Shown one piece after another: positions 56,606 through 64,000 of a stretch of 64,000 nt of DNA; the stretch's first letter is position 1, and every line of letters begins with the position of its first letter. The notes under the pieces are model-generated. The model worked only from the letters and a program-made list of their open reading frames with translations, was not told the origin of the DNA and searched no databases. A program made the translations under genes and the position numbers. This DNA comes from the human T2T-CHM13v2.0 reference genome, Homo sapiens: the NCBI RefSeq assembly GCF_009914755.1, contig NC_060947.1. One strand, 5' to 3'.

Positions 56606-59039
56606 TTACTCCTCAGAGGATGGCAAGAATAGAATTTATAAAGTCTGTTATACAGTTCATTACAAGGTATGCTTAGCAGAATCATCTGTGCATGTTTTTG
56701 AAAATATAGTACTTGAGTCCCTAGCAACAAAGATTCTGACATAGTACAGCATAGGTACTACTCCTTGCAGAGCAGGAATACTCCATAGGCAGTGTGCCCA
56801 CAGTAGCAGCTCAGTAATTTTTACAGTAATGTTTATACTCACTTTTAATTATATGAAAATTAATGGGCAGATTATGCAGATATTTCTAGAAAAAGGGTGG
56901 TAACTTCCAGGTGTTGCCATGGCAATGGTAAACTGACCTGGCACATTGGTGGGCATGACAGGTCTAGGATGACATTTGTGTTTTAAAAACCGTCTAAGGC
57001 AAGACGCTCAAAGTAAATAAAATTCTTGGAGCTCCTACAAGAAGGTTTTACTAATCTGAGTGAAATAAAAAAGAAAAAAGACTACTGTTTCTTTCTACTC
57101 CAATTACCCCTCCTCTTCTTGGTGATGAGATGGATGCCAGCATGTTAGAGAGCAAGCTAAGAGGAAAGTTGATTGGAATTACATTTAGTTTGATTTTAGT
57201 TGGATAATTTACTCATTTGTTTCTTAATCTCATGTATAATTAAGCAATTACCAGTGAGATTTCTCAAGGTAGCAGGTGGAAGCTCTAAGAGTCAAACGAG
57301 GGTTGTCAGACTCTAATGATAATGAGCCTAACACTATACTCTATTGTCTTTCATATGCTTAGTAAACCATTGAAAAATCTTAGACCTCACTTTAAAAGCA
57401 TAGTGGTCTGTCATCGGCCTCCTGGCAGCATTTGATACTATTTCCTATTTCCTACCTGATTTTTTTAGTCTTAGTTCCCACTGCTGCCCAATAAGTAAGT
57501 ATCATATGATTAATCAAAAATTGACTATTGGCCTTTTTTTTTTACACTAACCATGCCTGTGGCTTTGTCCAATCACATCTACATTAGTTCATATTAATTT
57601 CGTGAATGAATTGGCATGAAATACTGACACTGACTAAAATACCATAAAACACAAAATATACCACTACAATGAGGACATTAACATTACACTGATTTGTGTA
57701 TGCTATTGAGTATAAAGATTAGTATCTGCACAAGAAAACTTGAAGTGTTCTGAATTCTTAAACTTGACAGAGGTTGACAGCAGTTTCCACAAATTTGACA
57801 AAACTAAAAATTCATCCATCGCCAATGATAAGTTGTAAAGCTGAAACTTTTATCAATAATAATTTTAAAATTGACTATGCCAAAGGAAAGATTGGAGTAT
57901 CTTTTTTTTCTAGAAAATATGTTATTACAAAAAAAAAGAAAATATGTTATTACAAAAATGTCATAAGAAGAAAAGATCAAAGAATTCGTAGCCAAAAATT
58001 GTAGGGAAAAAAAAAATCACTGTAGAGGTATGCCAGGCAGTTAATTAAGACAATGTTATTTTTCTGGAAATTTTTAAAAAATATGTCAGCTGTTCAATTT
58101 TGTAATTTGTTGTGATTTCTCATAATAAGTAAATGTTGACTTTTGTACATAGTTGCTTGAAATGCTCATACTTTTTAATATTCTTTTTCTTAGAGTCCTC
58201 CGAATTATAAATTTCATTACCCACAACCCGAATCTGTCCCTGAGGTCATAAAAAGTAGGAGCTTCTGAGTTGCAATTGCAAAGGGTTAATAGGGATGTGG
58301 ATGTGGTTGAGAACTGGGAAATATAGCAATTGTGGAAGTTGAATTAATATCATTTGTAAAGACCACAACATTATGACCAGCTACTGAAATCTGAAAATCC
58401 AAGGTGTCCTCAGTACTACGGGATTATGGGACCTCGGTGTCTGACTTCATGGAAAAGCCTCACACAACATAGTGGCCCCTCATAAGGGGAGCCTCCAGCT
58501 GCTCTGTACATTTCAAACATCCAAAATAGTGGCGCCTAGAGTATCTATATTTGTATTACCATTGAGCAGCAAAAACAGTTGGCTGGGTTATTTACCCACA
58601 TGCATACTTGAATCTACCTCCTGCTTCCCATCTGAAAATAAATAGCTCTTTTCTATTTTCTAGTGACAAACAGGATGTAGGCTGTTAGTAATAATAGTAA
58701 AGATAATAACTATAAGGAACAGAACATACAAATAAATATTGAAAAGAATTGGTGAAAACCTCTCTCACTCTCACTCCCAGTCTTGTTTCCTGAGCCCCAT
58801 TTCAGCGTCTGGACAGAACTGCCAGGGAACTGCTAGACTTTAGGGTCTTGGGGGACGGGAGTTGGAGAATTTAGAGACAGGAGAGGAAAAAAGAAGACAG
58901 GATCGATTAACTCTAAAAGGCTGATCCTCCCTGATAATCTGAGAAAGGCGAATAAATACTCCAGGAAGATGATACCCTTTCGGATTGTTAGGTTGGGCTG
59001 GGGATGGGCAACCCGGCTTCTGCTGAAGTGCTGTTGGGA

Positions 59040-59780
59040 GGATTAATTAGGGATCCGAGCTCACTGTTAACACACGGGCCTCACTGGACAAAGGGCTGAA
59101 GTGAATTGAAGTCAGTATGTAGTCTGAGTTCTCTTTCCATCCTGAGCACCATCTCCCTATTGCCTTAGAGGCAGGCGGGAGCGCTTCTTGCTGCTAAACA
59201 GAAAAGGAGAAGACTACTGTTGGCTGCGGATCTGAAAAGGTTTGAATGATTAAAGGCTATCTGAAGGCGAAGGAGAAGATCATAGCGCATGCAAGACTAC
59301 ATTGCCTATACCCCTTTCCGGCCCCTACTCCGATTTATTTTAGGGGAAAAAAAATGGTGGGCTTGGGGGAGGGATCTGGGATGGGGATGGCGGTCAGGTT
59401 TGGGTACCGTGCCCCTATTGTATTGAAAGCAAGCTGGCTTCTCGCTTAGGGAAAGGAGAGGAGAAAAATGTCCTGGCCCCCCGCCAAGTCGGTGTGAGGG
59501 TAGGAATCACCTGCAAACCTCTGGAATGGAAAACGGACACCGCAGCGGGTCTTGTACTGCAGTTCCCACAGCCACGCCCCCTGCCCATTTTGATTCAGAA
59601 AATGGTGGGCAGTGGGGAATGCTGGGGAGATGAGCAGAAACCCTGCATGGGTATTAGCTTCCTATTGCAGAGGATGTGGGAGTTTTGAGCGAAACATAGA
59701 AAAAGAGGTATGCACCCCGGATGCCTGAAGGTGGGCATGAGAGTGGTGGGTGGGGGCGGGTGCCCTTCTGAAACTGCATT
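59040..59780 (+). pseudogene. Putative decayed TCEAL1-like promoter / exon 1 / intron 1 (no coding exon)
   Basis: Colinear matches to TCEAL1 23881-23988; AAAATGG motifs; lies between paralog modules A2 and B2. Confidence 0.55.
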
Positions 59781-60319
59781 CTCTACACTCCTGCCCTGCC
59801 TCCTCATTCCCTTTTGGGGAAAAAAATATCTCAGCAGCTTAACACAGCAAACGTTTATTTCTAGCTCACAATAAATGCCGAACATGTGTTGGTGAAGGTG
59901 TGGGGTGAAAGGGCCCTGGTCCCCAGTCTCTCAGGACCTCAGGCTGACAGAAGCTCTACAGCCTGGAACATCACTGATCACTATGGCAGGGGGAGAGAGT
60001 AATGGGAATCTCTCATCCCACTATAGGTTAGTCTAGAACTAACATGTTACTGCGGTTCACAGCTGATTAGCTAAAACTATCATATGGTCTCACCTCATAG
60101 CAAGGGGATAGAGGGGACAGGGGATTAGAAAGTATAGTTTTCTGTGTAGGGTGGGTGTAAAGTGAGAAAAAGAAACTATAATAAAATATTCATAAGAATT
60201 CAAGGGGAGAATGCCTTTCTAAAGTACTAAAGCGAAACAAAAAATTAAAAGTTCTGAAGAAAAAGTAGTAAATGTAATATAAGAAAATTAAGCTTCTATG
60301 GAGCAAAGCAAGAACGAAT

Positions 60320-61490
60320 GTGACCTTGCTTTTGGTTTTCTCTGTGATGCCATTTTGGGAGCTCTTCATGTCTCCAGACCATTCTTCAAGGCCAGTGGCA
60401 GCGTGATGGGTGTTAGTCAAACTGGAATTCTGTCTGGAGTGAGATCAGGTTCCAGGCTCACTGGAATTAGTTTTATAAGAGAGGATAAATCCATCCCCCT
60501 AACGCTAAGAGTGGTGGTGCTTAGGCAGGAGGTGGAAGGGCTCACTCAGGCCACATTCCCCTCTGGGGTGGGTCTGACTTTTGTTTCTCTGCCTGCAGCA
60601 GGCACAGGGCCCTTTTAGGCTAATGGCCAAGCTGCCCTGCACAGACACACCTGGAGGAGGAGAACCGACTGCCCTATTGCAGGTCAGAACACTTTGCCTT
60701 TCCCTCCTTTCCCCTCTCTCTTTTGGGGAACATTTTGTAGGGGAGGAGATAAAGCCCCAAAGTGTCCTGGCAGGAAACATTCATTGGGATAGTCTTTGAG
60801 CAAGCAGATGTCTGAACAGATCTGACCAGGTAACTTGAGGTTGAAGCAGAAGGGGCTGACCCTTCTCTCAGAGTCCAGTTAGCCCCCAAGAAGACTGGGG
60901 CACACAAAACCTCACCCATCCGTCTCCCACCCACCTTGCTCAGACTCCCAGAAGGGCTTTGATGTGCCCTGGCCTGTTTGGTTGGTTCTGCAAGGACTTT
61001 AGCTCTGTGTCTGCCTGGTGCAGTGCATCTGATGCCTCAGTCATCCCAAACCCAGAAATACAGAAGACCCCAGATAAAGGGAACTTGCAAAGACATGTGG
61101 TCCTACAACTCAGGAGAAAGGGGGTGTCACTTTCTATCTGAAAATCCCCATGCACTGCAGGCCCAGCTCATGACTTGGGAGCCAGGACAGTCAAGCTGTG
61201 AATTGGTATGAAGATGCTTTTTAAGGCATTGGTGGTGGAGGGTCAGCAGCATCCAGAGCCTGCTTCTGTGGGCCCCTCACCACCTGCCTACCCACACAGA
61301 AGGCTGGTATGTCAATCGCATATCCAAGCAGTGACTTATCTGGCCAATTCCAGAGCAGAAAGCACGGAACAGCCAGAACCTTGGAGAGAGAGCTCTGTGC
61401 TAACCAGGATCCCCCTGCTCTTAGGAGACAGTGCAAAAGAGTGTGAGCCCCTCTGGTGGGGCAGCATAGAAGGGATCAGGCTCAGGGTCT
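60320..61490 (+). repeat. Local duplication module B, copy 2
   Basis: See 27990-29900. Confidence 0.93.
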
Positions 61491-61549
61491 TTGCAAAATT
61501 TTCAGGGTTGAGTCAGCAGAAGGTAAGTGGACAGCAAGGAAGCAGTCAC

Positions 61550-61910
61550 TGAGTCAGTCTACCCTTACATTCATGATTCGTGCTAAGGACACACTTTTCC
61601 CAGACTGCTCCCACACCATGACTTAGCACAGCTGAGCCACTAGAGCCATGCCATTTCTGCTCAATGGGAGACTTTTAATCTTTGCTTGTACTCCCCATTG
61701 GCCTGGTCCATAGCTTCTCAAATGAACTGAAGTCTGGGACTCTTTCTACCTAATTCTTCTTCCTTCCCTCTGCTTTCACAGATGTGACATGTGGATCACA
61801 GTCTAAAGGCTCTCCCCATCTTCTCTTGCTCTTTCTCCCTTTATCTATTGTGTTTCCCCAGTAAATCTATTTATGTCTAATCTTGTTTTGACATCAGCTT
61901 TTAGGTAGGC
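61550..61910. mobile_element. Old ERVL LTR (LTR16-like)
   Basis: ctgaagtctgggactctttctacc...ccccagtaaatctatttatgtctaatcttgttttgacatcagc. Confidence 0.55.
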
Positions 61911-61984
61911 CTGTTATACAATCATGGTGCTTTCACAAATGAGATCTCATGTTTCACATTTCTCAAAACCTGCTCCTTTTCAGA

Positions 61985-62195
61985 GAGCCAGGATAGTACA
62001 GTAGCTAACAGCTGTCAAGAGTAGTCACTAACTGGGTTCAAATCCCAGATCTGCCACTCTTAGCTGTGTGTCCTTGGCCTCTGTGCCTCTTGTAAAATGG
62101 GGATAATTCCATTACTTCCTCTTAGGGTTGTTGTGAGGTTTACATAAATTATTACATAGTCCATTTAATGTCAACACATAGTAAGTAATAAATAT
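61985..62195 (+). mobile_element. MIR
   Basis: ctgggttcaaatcccagatctgccactcttagctgtgtgtccttgg...tgtaaaatggggataat. Confidence 0.75.
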
Positions 62196-63567
62196 CAGCT
62201 GTTTTTTGTTGTTGTTGTTGTTGTTGTTGTTGTGGGTTTTTTTTCCATCTCTGATAGGTGAAGTCAGAGAAGGGGGAAAGATCTCACCAGGCCCAGTAGC
62301 TATTAAAGGGTTTGGCACTGGAACTCTCATTCTAAAGTTCTGGAGCTCTAAGTACATATGCTTTATTGATTTTTAACCTATAAGCTAAAATTAAGTTTCA
62401 GGAAAACACATGAAACAGTTAAATAGCTTGATTATTGTTGCCCCCTACTTTCAACTTCACTGGATGTGTAACTCCCAAAATGAAAATGGTATGATGATAT
62501 TGTTCCTTTTCCTGTAGGATCCATCAGACAGCTCATTCTGGAATACAGAAATGGCACTGAAGATCATACCTGCGTTTTCCCCTTCTTGTTATTACCTTTG
62601 CAAATGTTCTTTATAAAGTAAAGAATGTCAAAGGCATAACTTTCAAGGAAGGGAGGAAGCAGAATAGGAAGGGAACTAATATTTGTTTGAGTGTCCACTA
62701 TGGGCCAGATGAAGTGTTTCATGTTTTAAGTTGGTTCTCTCTTTAATTCTCATAATTCTGTAGGCAGGCAGAATTGTTTTCTACCAAGGTAGGCAGCCGT
62801 ATCTTCCCTAAACAAAGAAGTAAATGGAACTCAGAGGTTGAGTATATATTCCAAGGCCCTAAATCTAGTAAGTTTGAGAGCTTGGATTCAAACCCAGGTC
62901 TGTCACACTCCAAAACCCACACTCTCCCCCACTCTACCTTAAAAAAAAATTCTAATGTTATACTGTGATCTTCCAGGACTCAGGGACTAGTTGGTTTAAA
63001 TTTCCATGACAGAATGTTAAATTAAAAGTTTCCTCTTAGGCATTAACATATAACAGATATGAAATCAAAGCCAGGTTTCCAAAGGAAATAACCAAGCGGC
63101 TCTAAAACCCACAAGGAGGATTAAAAGGGTCAAGAGAGGAGATATGAAAAAGGAAGTTTTGCGAGGAAGATTTCTTTGGGATGAGCTTCCAAGTTGGAAG
63201 AGTTGAGGTGCTTTCCTTTTCACTCCATGGATTCAACTGGACCCCCTAAAGCTTGATATGTGTCTCCTGGAGTTGGAAGGCACAGTGGAATGTGATCTAC
63301 CTCCAGACTGAAAAATCTTCCTGGCTAGAGAATGTGGCTGTGGTGATGGTGGGAGTGGTAACTGTATTGTGATCTGTCCGCATTTCCAGTTTGTTGGGGG
63401 CAAAAGACAGATAGGTGTTTCCCATGTACAAGAAGTGGGCCACGAAGGAGAGCAAGCTGCTCTCAAAGAGAGCTGTTTGGGGGTGCTACAGATTCCAGCT
63501 GAAAAAACCCTATGGAATGGACAGCTGAAAAACTCAGAGCTGAAGGAGAAACAGCAATAGCATGTTT

Positions 63568-63873
63568 CTTTTTTTTTTTTTTTTTTTTTTTTTGAGACTG
63601 AGTCTCACACTCTCACCCAGGCTGGAGTGCAGTGGCGCGATCTTGGCAACCTCCACCTCCCAGGTTCACGCCATTCTCCTGCCTCAGCCTCCCGAGTAGC
63701 TGGGACTACAGGTGCTCGCCACCACGCCCGGTTAATTTTTTTTTTTTTTGTATTTTTAGTAGAGACGGGGTTTCACCGTGTTAGCCACGATGGTCTCAAT
63801 TTCCTGACCTTGTGATCCGCCTACCTCAGCCTCCCAAAGTGCTGGGATACAGGCATGAGCCACCGCGCCCGGC
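63568..63873 (-). mobile_element. AluY/Sc
   Basis: Poly-T, full reverse Alu, TSD gcatgtttc. Confidence 0.93.
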
Positions 63874-64000
63874 TGCATGTTTCATTTTTGATACAGAGGT
63901 AGCAGTAAGGGAGCCTCTGATGAGAGTCCCCTTTAAACAGCTAGATCCGTAGAGAGTAAAGCCAACTTACTATATAACCAGACAATAATTTTCTGTTCCT

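Overview
Primate genomic DNA whose two genes match human TCEAL3 and TCEAL1 as I recall them, consistent with the Xq22 BEX/TCEAL cluster. Both genes are on the + strand with two non-coding exons and one coding exon: TCEAL3 (CDS 4049-4651, 200 aa) and TCEAL1 (CDS 24910-25389, 159 aa). A CNEP1R1 (TMEM188) processed pseudogene lies on the - strand at ~45.4-47.2 kb. Most of the rest is interspersed repeats: L1, Alu, L2/MIR, MaLR/ERV LTRs, a pol-deleted ERV1 provirus and DNA transposons. Four things are not explained by these features. (1) A colinear second copy of the TCEAL1 unit: upstream module 33.2-34.3 kb, decayed promoter ~59.0-59.8 kb, downstream module 60.3-61.5 kb, with no coding exon. (2) Non-coding cores of that old duplication remain nearly identical, suggesting gene conversion. 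(3) An ancient hAT element has been stretched to ~21.5 kb by nested insertions. (4) Four locally templated sequence insertions cluster between 41 and 57 kb. All identities and repeat subfamily names were judged by eye and from memory, not computed.
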